The notes below the pieces were generated by a model that did not search any database, had not been told where the DNA came from, and was given only the letters and a program-made list of their open reading frames with translations. Shown here in pieces: positions 45,064-53,264 of a DNA stretch of 64,000 nt (positions within the stretch are counted from its first letter, which is position 1; each line of letters opens with the position of its first letter). This stretch comes from Actinomycetota bacterium (GTDB lineage Bacteria > Actinomycetota > Thermoleophilia > RBG-16-64-13): contig JAAYZX010000072.1 in assembly GCA_012514635.1 (NCBI GenBank), positions 4,095-68,094 of the forward strand, written 5' to 3'. A program made the translations under genes and the position numbers.

Positions 45064-47070
45064 TCAGTCCTTCAGGTCGTCCGGTAATGGTAGGTGTGTC
45101 AGGTGATGGCGGACCCTACACTGTAGTTGCAGCCAGGCCGTGCGAGGACCGTCTCCAGGGGGCAGGTGCTTTCCGGAGGCGTCTTCAACAGCGAGGGCGG
45201 CGGGGAACATGTCGGCCAGCAGCGAGCTTCGCCGCCGGTGAAGCACGAGAGAGAGTCCGGCTCCCAACGGCGAGAGAGCGGCGATGCCTCCAGCGAGTAG
45301 TCCCGTTTGCCAACCATCGTCTGTCGGGAGTGGTGCGGTAGGTATCTCCTCACCGGTTACGAGGGTATTGGGCTCTGGGTTCTCAGTGGGAAAATCGGCG
45401 TCTGAAGCGGGTCCCATGCGGACACCGGCCACTACGCCGTCGAATCCGGCGACGTCGTGTGATGAAGATGAGTCGCCGGGTGTAGCCGTGCCGCCCATTG
45501 TGGAGTGCGCTCGGCTTGTCTGTGCGTTCGGGGTGTAGGCCGAGTGCGTCTCGGAGGCCTTCTGGCTACCGGATTGTCCGCCTGTGAGTACGCGCGTTGC
45601 GCCCCCCGCCGCACGGGTGGTCTCGGTGGTTCGGGACACGGTGGTTGGGCCGTTAGCGCTGCCGTTACCGGCTGCATGGGTTGTGGTAGTGGTCGGCGCC
45701 GTGGCGGTAATGGGAAGCTCGGAGGTCGCGACATGGCCTGCATAGTCGGCGATGATGATGCCTACCTTGTGCGCTCCCGGCGAAAGTGTGCCTATGGACA
45801 GCTCAAGCGAACCCTCCGTCACCGTAGCTGTATCGAGGGTGAGCGCTGTGCCGTCCAGATACACTTGTATCTGTGCGGGGTTGATGCCGGTCTGGCCCAC
45901 TCCATCGGTGAACTCGGCGCTGATATGAAAACCGTTGGTGGGCACGTCGGCGTCCGGCATCGGCGTCAGTGAGGAAAAAGAAGGACGATAGTCGGGGGCT
46001 TGGTTATGCTCCAACAGAGAAAAAGGAACACTGTGACCGGCAAGCGCTATAACGGCCTGCGTGGTGGTCATGAGGGGTGTGGCCACCTGTCCTGTCCGGT
46101 GTGCGAAGCAACCGCTGGGCTGCTGGAGGGAAAGCAGATATCCGGCGGGGTCGTTCTGTCTGGTCCAGTTGGATAGATCCTCGCCCAAGGCATTGAGGGC
46201 TTGAAGTGCCCAGGCGGTAGATTCGGCCGTGCTCCTGGTGTTCGTTATCCACGACGCAAAGCCGCCGTCCTCGTTCTGGTATCGGCGCAGGAATTCCACC
46301 GCCGCCTGCACGGCTGAGTCGTCTCGGGAAGCGCCGGAGGCCACTAATGCTTGGATGGCTGCTCCGGTGTCATCCACATCTTCTACGGCGCCGCTTTGGA
46401 ACGAAAAGCCCCCGTCGGCCGCCTGAGCCGTCCGCAGCCAGGCGGCGGCCTGCTCCACGATCTCCTGGTGCGATCCCAGGGCGGATAGTGCAAGAATGGC
46501 CCAGATGGTGGTGTTGATATCCGCCATGCGGGAGTTGGCGGTGGACATGGAGAAGTGGCCGGTGTCGGTATGGCGGAAGGCCAGCAGCTCATCTGTCAGG
46601 GATACGGTGGGCCGTCCTGCCTGCATGGCAAGGTCTGGTCGTCCTGCAGCGTTGAAGGCCAGGATCAGCTTGGCATAGAAAGCGGGTGTGTTGTTGCTGC
46701 CTGCTCCGGAGACGGCCTCGGAGGCGATGTCCATGTCGCGCATTACCGTCACCAGGTTTCGAGAGTCGAGGGACCATGAGGCGGGATTGTATCCGGCGGC
46801 AGAGACGGCCATGACGGCCCAGGGGAGGATGCTGAGGTCGCCGGTGGGGGAATTGGTAGCGAAGCCACCGTTCTCTTTCCACTGGGCGTGGAGGTAGTCG
46901 AGGGCTCGGGGGGCGGCATCTTGGGGTGTGAGGGCCAAGGCCGGACTGCTCAACGTGAGCACAAGTATGAGGAAAGATATTGTGGCCGGCGCAGCGGCCG
47001 TCATGGTGCGATTGGCCACAATACGCGCGCGTCCCCTGACTGCAGGAGGGGATGGGGTTGAGATCGTCAT
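45064..47070 (-). CDS. Cell-surface prenyltransferase/squalene-hopene-cyclase-repeat (alpha/alpha toroid) protein: signal peptide, Ig-like domain, Thr/Ser-rich stalk, C-terminal TM anchor and ~55 aa cytoplasmic tail
   Basis: Repeated QW/GGF-type motifs (KENGGFATN, ADGGFSFQSG, NEDGGFASWI, QQPSGCFAH). Stalk TATAPTTTTTHAAGNG...TSRAHSTMGGTATPGDSSSS. TM anchor GLLAGGIAALSPLGAGLSLVLHRRR. ATG at 47070 overlaps the S-component stop (ATGA) and has GGAGG 8 nt upstream. The track start at 47280 is an artefact. Confidence 0.75.
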   Translation of the reverse strand: MTISTPSPPAVRGRARIVANRTMTAAAPATISFLILVLTLSSPALALTPQDAAPRALDYLHAQWKENGGFATNSPTGDLSILPWAVMAVSAAGYNPASWSLDSRNLVTVMRDMDIASEAVSGAGSNNTPAFYAKLILAFNAAGRPDLAMQAGRPTVSLTDELLAFRHTDTGHFSMSTANSRMADINTTIWAILALSALGSHQEIVEQAAAWLRTAQAADGGFSFQSGAVEDVDDTGAAIQALVASGASRDDSAVQAAVEFLRRYQNEDGGFASWITNTRSTAESTAWALQALNALGEDLSNWTRQNDPAGYLLSLQQPSGCFAHRTGQVATPLMTTTQAVIALAGHSVPFSLLEHNQAPDYRPSFSSLTPMPDADVPTNGFHISAEFTDGVGQTGINPAQIQVYLDGTALTLDTATVTEGSLELSIGTLSPGAHKVGIIIADYAGHVATSELPITATAPTTTTTHAAGNGSANGPTTVSRTTETTRAAGGATRVLTGGQSGSQKASETHSAYTPNAQTSRAHSTMGGTATPGDSSSSHDVAGFDGVVAGVRMGPASDADFPTENPEPNTLVTGEEIPTAPLPTDDGWQTGLLAGGIAALSPLGAGLSLVLHRRRSSLLADMFPAALAVEDASGKHLPPGDGPRTAWLQLQCRVRHHLTHLPLPDDLKD

Positions 47071-47813
47071 GTGGTGTCCTCCAGAGGAAGCAGGCGGGGT
47101 GAGGTACGGGCTCTGAAACGTGCCAAAATACGGATGGCCTGAGGCCCGAATGCCAGCGCTCCTAAAACGGTGGCGGCAACGTGAGCGACGTCGAAGGGAG
47201 CGCCCTGTAGGTAGAGCGCAAATAACGCGCCCAGCGAGTGGTTTGTGAAGGCCAGGAACATCCACAAAGAAACGAACCAATCAAACGCGAGGGCTAGGGC
47301 GCCTCCCACCAGCGCCAGTGTCCAACGGGATGGGACGCGGCCATGGCGACCGAGGGCACCGCCGGCAAGTCCCACCAGTCCCCATGCCAGCATTTGCCAA
47401 GGCGTCCAGGGGCCTTGTCCGAAGAAGAGGTTGGAGACCAGGCCGGTAGTGGCCCCCGCCATGAATCCTGCGCGGGGACCGAGAGCCGCCCCCGAGACCA
47501 GAATGATGATGGTGACGGGTTTGAAGTTGGGCAGTGAGGCAAACAGCACGCGGCCCGCGGTGGCCAATGCTGCCATGGCGGCCACCAGCGCGAGTTCATG
47601 GGCGGCGGCCAGCCGGCGACCCAGCGTCCAGGTGAGAGTGGCCCCGGCCAGCAAGACGATCAGGAGGGCGAACGTCCCCCAGGGGAGTGCGCCGGGGCGC
47701 AGGATGGTCAAGATGGCGAGGGTGGCGGCGCCGGTGGCCAGAGTCACCGGCGCCGCCACCCTCGCCATCCATCTGGGGTTGCGCACACGGATGTCCGTCG
47801 TTTCAGGCTGCAC
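47067..47813 (-). CDS. Putative ECF-transporter substrate-specific (S) component (possibly CbrT-like); hydrophobic 6-TM protein
   Basis: Small multi-TM protein sitting between the ECF A-A' and surface-protein genes in the same operon. Assignment is by context and hydropathy, not by motif. Confidence 0.5.
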   Translation of the reverse strand: MQPETTDIRVRNPRWMARVAAPVTLATGAATLAILTILRPGALPWGTFALLIVLLAGATLTWTLGRRLAAAHELALVAAMAALATAGRVLFASLPNFKPVTIIILVSGAALGPRAGFMAGATTGLVSNLFFGQGPWTPWQMLAWGLVGLAGGALGRHGRVPSRWTLALVGGALALAFDWFVSLWMFLAFTNHSLGALFALYLQGAPFDVAHVAATVLGALAFGPQAIRILARFRARTSPRLLPLEDTT

Positions 47814-49527
47814 TCTCAGTCTCGCGATCTCTTATGATCACCTGTTCAGCACGCAACACACCCGGCAGGGCATGGCGTAGCAGGCGGTTGATCTGGGTGG
47901 AAAAGAACAGGGAGCCGTCGAGCACCTGCTCCACGGGTCCGTCGGCCAAAATGCCGCCGTCTCCCAGAAGAATCACCCTGTGGGCACAGCGGGCGGCAAA
48001 CTCTATGTCGTGGGTTACGACCAAGATGCCCATGCCCGTCTCCGCCCAGCGGGCCAGCAGGTCTGCCAGGGCCGATTTGGCGGTAGGGTCGAGGCCGCGC
48101 GTAGGTTCATCTAGGACCAGGAACGGCGGATGCGCACAGGCCAGAAGTGCCAAGGCCGCTCTTGTACGTTCCCCCCCGGAGAGATCGCGAGGGTTGCGGT
48201 CCAGTAGTTCGCTCAGCTCCAAGTCGTGGATGATAGCCTCTCGTAGGTACTGGCGGGCGGGCCCCGGTTGGGTGTGCATCTCCAACGAGTAGTCGAGTTC
48301 CCGAGAGAGGGTCTCGTGCACGAAGTAGTCGGTAGGATTTTGCCCCAATATCGCGCAAGAGCGGGCTGCTTCTGCCACCGACATGGTCGAAACCAGGCGG
48401 CCGTTGATGGCTACGCTCCCGGCCATGGGTTGACGCAGGCCGTTGAAATGGCAGATGAGTGTCGATTTGCCGCAGCCATTTTCCCCAAGGAGGGCCACTA
48501 TCCGGCCGGTGTGCAGCTCGAGGTCGATGTCGTCCAGAAGAGGCGGATCTGGAGGGTAGCCAACAGACAGGCGTCTGACGCTAAGCGTACCCCGGTCGGC
48601 AGAACTATCGTTGGCGCGATGAGATGCATAGTGGGTGCTAGAGGCAGGATTCGAATCTGAGACCGGGTCCGGATTTCGCCATTGAGGTTCAGCAAATCTC
48701 TCTGTACCGTCGTTCATGGCCAGGCGGGCATCGCGAACGGTGAGTGGTAGCCTGTGGCCGGGGGCAAACAATCGTGTCACGGGAGGTAGAAATTCAGGAT
48801 GCATCGTAGATGCCCACGATGCGAATGCTGAAGGGGTGGTGTCTAGGACTAGATCGCCCGAGTCCATGAACAGTACACGGCCGGCCATGTGTAGGCAGCG
48901 ATCGACCCGATGTTCTGCTAGGACAATGGTGGTGCCCGTATCCTCGCTCAGCCGGCGGAGCGCCGACAGCAACTCCTCAGCGCCGACCGGGTCCAGTTGT
49001 GATGTAGGCTCGTCCAACAATAGCAGCTGCGGCTGCGTGGCCAGCACGGCGGCAAGCGCTACCTTCTGTAGCTCGCCGCCGGAGAGCGTGGAGAGCGTGG
49101 CACGTCTGAGGTGAGATAGTCCCAGAGCCACCAGAGACTCCTCCACCAGCCTTCCTATGGATGCTACGGGTGTGCCGGCGTTCTCCAGCCCAAAAGCGAT
49201 CTCTCTCTCCACCGTAGTCATGACGGACTGACTCTCCGGATCCTGGAACACCAGACCCACTACCCGTGCCAGATCGCGAGGTCGAGATGAACGGGTGTCC
49301 ATCTCAGCGACGCGCACCCGGCCGGCGAATGTTCCCCCGTAGAAGTGCGGCACCAGCCCATTGAGGGCACGCAGCACCGTGGATTTGCCGCAGCCCGATT
49401 CGCCTAAGAGCAGCACTACCTCCCCGGCGTCCAGCTGAAAGGACACGTTGCGGACGGTAGGGGATGAGTCCTCGCGGCCTTCCGGATAGCTGTATGTGAG
49501 CTTCTCTACCGAGACTAGCGGCGCCAC
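47803..49527 (-). CDS. ecfAA: Fused tandem ECF-transporter ATPase (EcfA-EcfA', two ABC nucleotide-binding domains)
   Basis: Two full NBDs: GESGCGKST...LSGGELQKVALAAVL...LLLDEPTSQLD and GENGCGKSTL...LSGGERTRAALALLL...LVLDEPTRGLD. Likely GTG start at 49527 overlapping the EcfT stop. The first ~110 aa of track ORF 47803..49863 are an artefact. Confidence 0.85.
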   Translation of the reverse strand: MAPLVSVEKLTYSYPEGREDSSPTVRNVSFQLDAGEVVLLLGESGCGKSTVLRALNGLVPHFYGGTFAGRVRVAEMDTRSSRPRDLARVVGLVFQDPESQSVMTTVEREIAFGLENAGTPVASIGRLVEESLVALGLSHLRRATLSTLSGGELQKVALAAVLATQPQLLLLDEPTSQLDPVGAEELLSALRRLSEDTGTTIVLAEHRVDRCLHMAGRVLFMDSGDLVLDTTPSAFASWASTMHPEFLPPVTRLFAPGHRLPLTVRDARLAMNDGTERFAEPQWRNPDPVSDSNPASSTHYASHRANDSSADRGTLSVRRLSVGYPPDPPLLDDIDLELHTGRIVALLGENGCGKSTLICHFNGLRQPMAGSVAINGRLVSTMSVAEAARSCAILGQNPTDYFVHETLSRELDYSLEMHTQPGPARQYLREAIIHDLELSELLDRNPRDLSGGERTRAALALLACAHPPFLVLDEPTRGLDPTAKSALADLLARWAETGMGILVVTHDIEFAARCAHRVILLGDGGILADGPVEQVLDGSLFFSTQINRLLRHALPGVLRAEQVIIRDRETESAA

Positions 49528-50426
49528 GTCAGACTCCAGACGGCCGGTACAAAAACAAATGCGAGCAACGCGATGCTCGAGGGGGTTGTGAACGTCTCCA
49601 TAGGGTTGGCGATCACGGGGAAATACGCGAAACCCAGGTTGCGACTGACACCTCCCACAATCAAGCAGATGAAGCCTCCTCCTGCGAGAGCCGCTACTGC
49701 TATGTCGGTGGTCTTCCAGCGCAGGCGGCGTCTCCATGTGGTGCGCCCCGGTAGGCCGTAGCCGCGTGATTCCATGGAGGCGGCTACGTCGGTGCCGCGC
49801 TCCAGGCTTTGAGTGAGAAGTCCTGCTAGAAGGGGACCGCGGGCGATGGCTCGGTCTCGCCATCGCCCGCGGTCCAGTTCCGCTCCCCGCGAGCGTTGCG
49901 CATCGCTGATGCGGGCTGCGTCTCGGGAGAGCACGGGGAGCAGTCGTGTGGCCAGCGACACCACTAATGCCGACCTGGCCGATAGTCGACTCAGCATGGC
50001 CAGTTGGTAGTCCTGGTCTAGGATCAATGTCAATGTGGCGAATGCCAGGATCAATGTGATGAGGTGAAGTGCCTGCCCAGCTCCGAAGGCAATGCCCTCC
50101 CAGGTAATCCGTAGATGGAAGGGACCCAGTTGGGCGGCCAGCAAGGGGTGAATTCCCCCTGACGAAAACAGTGGGTTAATGATGAGCACCGTGATGCCTG
50201 CATAGATTGCTACACGTACGTATGCGGCAGCGGCACGCAGGCGGCCGTCGCTCGCCAGAGTCAGCAGGCAGGCACACAATATGCATACGAGGAACAACGG
50301 ATTCGTTATTACCAGCGCCGCTGTCACCAGGAACATCGTGTAAGCGGTTACCACTGCAGGGCGACGCGCAGCCATCCCCGCACGGAATGAGAGGCGGTGG
50401 CTTTGGATATGTCGTTGTCCGCGCAT
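49515..50426 (-). CDS. ecfT: ECF-transporter transmembrane (T) component, EcfT/CbiQ family
   Basis: CbiQ-family coupling-helix motifs (SRDAARISDAQRSRGAE ... AASMESRGYG). ATG overlaps the upstream stop (TGATG). Confidence 0.8.
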   Translation of the reverse strand: MRGQRHIQSHRLSFRAGMAARRPAVVTAYTMFLVTAALVITNPLFLVCILCACLLTLASDGRLRAAAAYVRVAIYAGITVLIINPLFSSGGIHPLLAAQLGPFHLRITWEGIAFGAGQALHLITLILAFATLTLILDQDYQLAMLSRLSARSALVVSLATRLLPVLSRDAARISDAQRSRGAELDRGRWRDRAIARGPLLAGLLTQSLERGTDVAASMESRGYGLPGRTTWRRRLRWKTTDIAVAALAGGGFICLIVGGVSRNLGFAYFPVIANPMETFTTPSSIALLAFVFVPAVWSLTWRR

Positions 50427-51433
50427 CAGTTGTTGCCTTCGGTTGGGGAGGCAGTCGACTTGTCGGGGAGGGGGACGAGTTTGTCTTCTGAGATCCCCAC
50501 GGCTACGCGACCGCGCGTAGATAAGGCGTGCAGTTCGGCCAGCAATGATTCTAGGGCTTCTATATCGGCCCCGAGCAGCACGAGTAGTAGGGCGTCGGGG
50601 TTATCAGGATGCGCCAGGCATAGGGCGGCTGCAGCGAGTAGACGTCCGGCTTCGCCCTCTTCGGTCAAAGCGTTCAGTGTGCCGTCCGGGTTTCTTTGCA
50701 CAAAAACTCCCATTCTATAGCCCCGCTCCAGGATGGCATTCAGCCACTGCGGTATCTCTGTCGAGGACAGGTCTATGGCCACCACAGCCTGACCTTGGGG
50801 CAGTTCTTCCACGAGAATCTCAGAGCCCAGGTTGATACCGGTAGCTGAGGCCCAAGAAGTAAGCTGCGAGGCCACATAGGGAGCCGCCCAGGATAGTAGC
50901 TCGTTGTTGAACGGGCGGGGGAAAGCGGACAGCGTGGCCGGGATCATGGTTGTACCCGACCATGCGTGGTAGTCCCACCAAACGGTCTCATTGCTGCTCA
51001 AAGTGTAATAATCTGCGCCTATATCGGCCAGACGCCCATCTACCCAGTAGAACCAGTCTGCGGCTTGGCCGGGGACGGCGGACCCAAAGGTGGATTGAAG
51101 TCCATCTATGGCGCCTACGAAACCGCCGCCGTAGCCCGTCTCAACTTTGGAGTGCTCTACCAGTAGAGCCATGACACTGGTTTCGGCCTGCAACTCCGAG
51201 GTGACGTCCAGGAGGACTTGGTCGCCGAAGTCGCGGGTGACGAGCAGCCGTGGCCCGGGAGCGTCTCCCGGGCCACGGCTGGACTCGGTGGTGGCGGCGG
51301 GCTGCGAAGTCCCGCAGCCCGCCGCCACCACCAACAGCACGACGCACATCAACAATATGCGCGCCACCAACACGCGGCGAGTCGGCGCCAACGGGCGGGG
51401 TACCCTCCGGGATGTGTCGTCGTGTGTGTGCAC
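50426..51433 (-). CDS. DUF4430 (transcobalamin-like B12-binding fold) lipoprotein
   Basis: Lipobox LLVVAAGCGTS. DUF4430 core ADWFYWVDGRLADIGADYYTLSSNETVWWDY (W-x-Y-x-V-[DN]-G ... Y-x-L ... V-W-W-x-Y). Confidence 0.65.
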   Translation of the reverse strand: MHTHDDTSRRVPRPLAPTRRVLVARILLMCVVLLVVAAGCGTSQPAATTESSRGPGDAPGPRLLVTRDFGDQVLLDVTSELQAETSVMALLVEHSKVETGYGGGFVGAIDGLQSTFGSAVPGQAADWFYWVDGRLADIGADYYTLSSNETVWWDYHAWSGTTMIPATLSAFPRPFNNELLSWAAPYVASQLTSWASATGINLGSEILVEELPQGQAVVAIDLSSTEIPQWLNAILERGYRMGVFVQRNPDGTLNALTEEGEAGRLLAAAALCLAHPDNPDALLLVLLGADIEALESLLAELHALSTRGRVAVGISEDKLVPLPDKSTASPTEGNN

Positions 51434-51440
51434 TTTCCCT

Positions 51441-52802
51441 CTACTTCAGCAGCTCAAGCAGGTTGGCGATGACCTGGGCGGTCTCCGCCCGCGTCATGGG
51501 CTCCCACGGATCGGCCGCCGTGCCTTGGAGATCGAGACCGGTGAGCAGGCCGTTGTATTCCGCGATGCGGGCGTTGTCCTGGTGATCTGTCGAGAAGGTT
51601 CCCCAAGTTGCCGAGAAGGTTTCGGGTGCCTCGCTGAGCGCCGCCGGCGTGATCATCTGTGCCGCTCTGACCACCATGGTCACCACCTGCGCGCGGGTCA
51701 CTTTGTCATAGGTGCCGAAAGTATTGGTCGTGAGGCCTTTGACGATCCCACGCGAGAAGGCCGCCGCCACAAAATCGTGAGGATAGGGGTTTCCGGTCTC
51801 GCGTTCGCCCAGATCGGTGAAGGGCGTGTCGGCCCCAGCTACGATCTCCAGCGAGAGCGCCAAAGAGATCATCTTGGCGAACTGGGCGCGGAAGAGGTTA
51901 TCGGCGGGCCCGAAACTCGGAGTGACGTCTCCCGCATCGGTCTTATAACCTTCCACGATGCCGGCACCGGCAATGGCGTGGATGGCGCCATAGTGGGGAT
52001 GATCCGCGCTCACGTCTGCGAACTCACCGATGAGGGTCAGGCCGCCTGGGCCCGAAATGTACTGCCAGTTCTCATCGTAGGCCTTCTCGGCCCACACGGC
52101 GTGGATGCCGACCGGGACTACAGCTATGGTCACCTGTCCCTGCGCGTCGGTTACATATGTAGCGCCGTTCACATGGACGGTTGCTCCCTCCACCGGCTCG
52201 AAGTCGGCCGGCAGTTCTACGTCCGTGGCTGGGTCGAGATCGAAACGCGGAGCGTCGGCAGCGGAGTTGGCTTTGCCGAGGTCGTCACCTACCACCGTCA
52301 ACGTGACCGGTCCACCGGCCGCGACCGCCTGCGGCCCCAGCACGATGAGTTCCTTGTCCACCCAAGGGGCCGTGGGATCCCCGCCGGCCTCGAAGAAGAG
52401 GATGCGGTCACCGTCCTGCAGCTCCCAGTCGAGCAGGCCCACCATGGGGATGCATCCGTTGACGGAGTACAGCCACCAGCTGGTCCAGTCCGGAGGGCCA
52501 CCTATTCCGGCGATGGAATCGAGGAAGGCTCCACCTGCAGTAGTGACGAAGGCAAAGTCCTCGGCTTGGGCCGCCAGATATAGTGCGCCTAGGGCATTGG
52601 CCGGACCGCAGGTGATGACGTTGCCCTCGCTATCGGTGATGGTCAGATCGTCAGGGACGTCTACCTGTACCGGCGCGCAGACCTCGCCGCTCAAGCTCTG
52701 CGCCCGCACCGTTACGGTTGCCGCCCACGCGGGCGCCGCCACCAGCAGTACGAGGGCGGTTGCCAGCACCGTGACCATGGTGAGGAGTGTTCTTTTCCTC
52801 AT
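51441..52802 (-). CDS. SLH-anchored surface protein with N-terminal DUF4430 (transcobalamin-like) domain and three C-terminal S-layer-homology repeats
   Basis: Signal peptide MRKRTLLTMVTVLATALVLLVAAPAWA. DUF4430 core TSWWLYSVNGCIPMVGLLDWELQDGDRILFFEA. SLH repeats (FADVSADHPHYGAIHAIAG..., FTDLGE...HDFVAAAFSRGIVKG, ...TRAETAQVIANLL). Real ATG at 52802. The first 52 codons of track ORF 51441..52958 are actually the riboswitch. Confidence 0.75.
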   Translation of the reverse strand: MRKRTLLTMVTVLATALVLLVAAPAWAATVTVRAQSLSGEVCAPVQVDVPDDLTITDSEGNVITCGPANALGALYLAAQAEDFAFVTTAGGAFLDSIAGIGGPPDWTSWWLYSVNGCIPMVGLLDWELQDGDRILFFEAGGDPTAPWVDKELIVLGPQAVAAGGPVTLTVVGDDLGKANSAADAPRFDLDPATDVELPADFEPVEGATVHVNGATYVTDAQGQVTIAVVPVGIHAVWAEKAYDENWQYISGPGGLTLIGEFADVSADHPHYGAIHAIAGAGIVEGYKTDAGDVTPSFGPADNLFRAQFAKMISLALSLEIVAGADTPFTDLGERETGNPYPHDFVAAAFSRGIVKGLTTNTFGTYDKVTRAQVVTMVVRAAQMITPAALSEAPETFSATWGTFSTDHQDNARIAEYNGLLTGLDLQGTAADPWEPMTRAETAQVIANLLELLK

Positions 52803-52861
52803 CGTCGACCTACCTTTCTCGGTCTCTCCGGCGCGAGCGCTATGGTGCAAAGTGCTCCGAC

Positions 52862-52893
52862 AAATAAAAAACCCCGCTGCTGTGTCAGCGGGG
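52862..52893 (-). terminator. Riboswitch expression-platform terminator (attenuator) between the cobalamin aptamer and the first operon gene
   Basis: On the minus strand: ccccgctg-acacag-cagcgggg followed by TTTTTTATTT, ~60 nt upstream of the ATG at 52802. Confidence 0.6.
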
Positions 52894-52954
52894 TGCACTT
52901 CACCTGATCGGTTGCTGAGCACCCATCCGCGTGGGTTAAGCAGCTCTGCAAGCG

Positions 52955-53125
52955 GCAAGGCAGGTCTTCTGGCTTCCGGTCTCAGCTATGCCGCAGCGCT
53001 GCCTTCCCAGACCGTTTGGTCCAGTGGCCCCACACCTCCGCCCCCGGTACGGGTGACGGTGGATCGCGATACGGCGACCGGTTACAGCGACGGGATCGCG
53101 CCGGACTCTCACCGGCTTCCCTAGG
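52955..53125 (-). ncRNA. Cobalamin (AdoCbl) riboswitch
   Basis: Minus-strand sequence contains the conserved elements GGTGAGAGTCCGGCGC, CCGTCGCTGTAA, GGGGCCACTGG, GGGAAGGC and the B12 box GAAGCCAGAAGACCTGCC in canonical order. Located in the 5' leader of the DUF4430/ECF operon. Confidence 0.8.
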
Positions 53126-53264
53126 CACATAGCCGCGCGCCTCTATTGATACACACCTCCATGGTAGAGGGCGGTCGCGGACAATGCAAGCACTCAAAGG
53201 GGTGACGGTGTTAGACGAATCCGACGGTTGCAGAGACCGACACTCCGGAGTATGGTGCAATGGT

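Noticed and set aside
49527-49863. N-terminal ~110 aa of track ORF 47803..49863 (ATPase) overlapping EcfT
   Set aside because: This part is Arg/Ser/His-rich nonsense overlapping the 3' end of EcfT in another frame. The ABC domain begins at the GTG at 49527.
51147-53124. Long plus-strand ORFs 51147..52583 (478 aa) and 52105..53124 (339 aa)
   Set aside because: Antisense to the SLH/DUF4430 gene and to the cobalamin riboswitch. Ala/Arg/Ser-rich junk translations.
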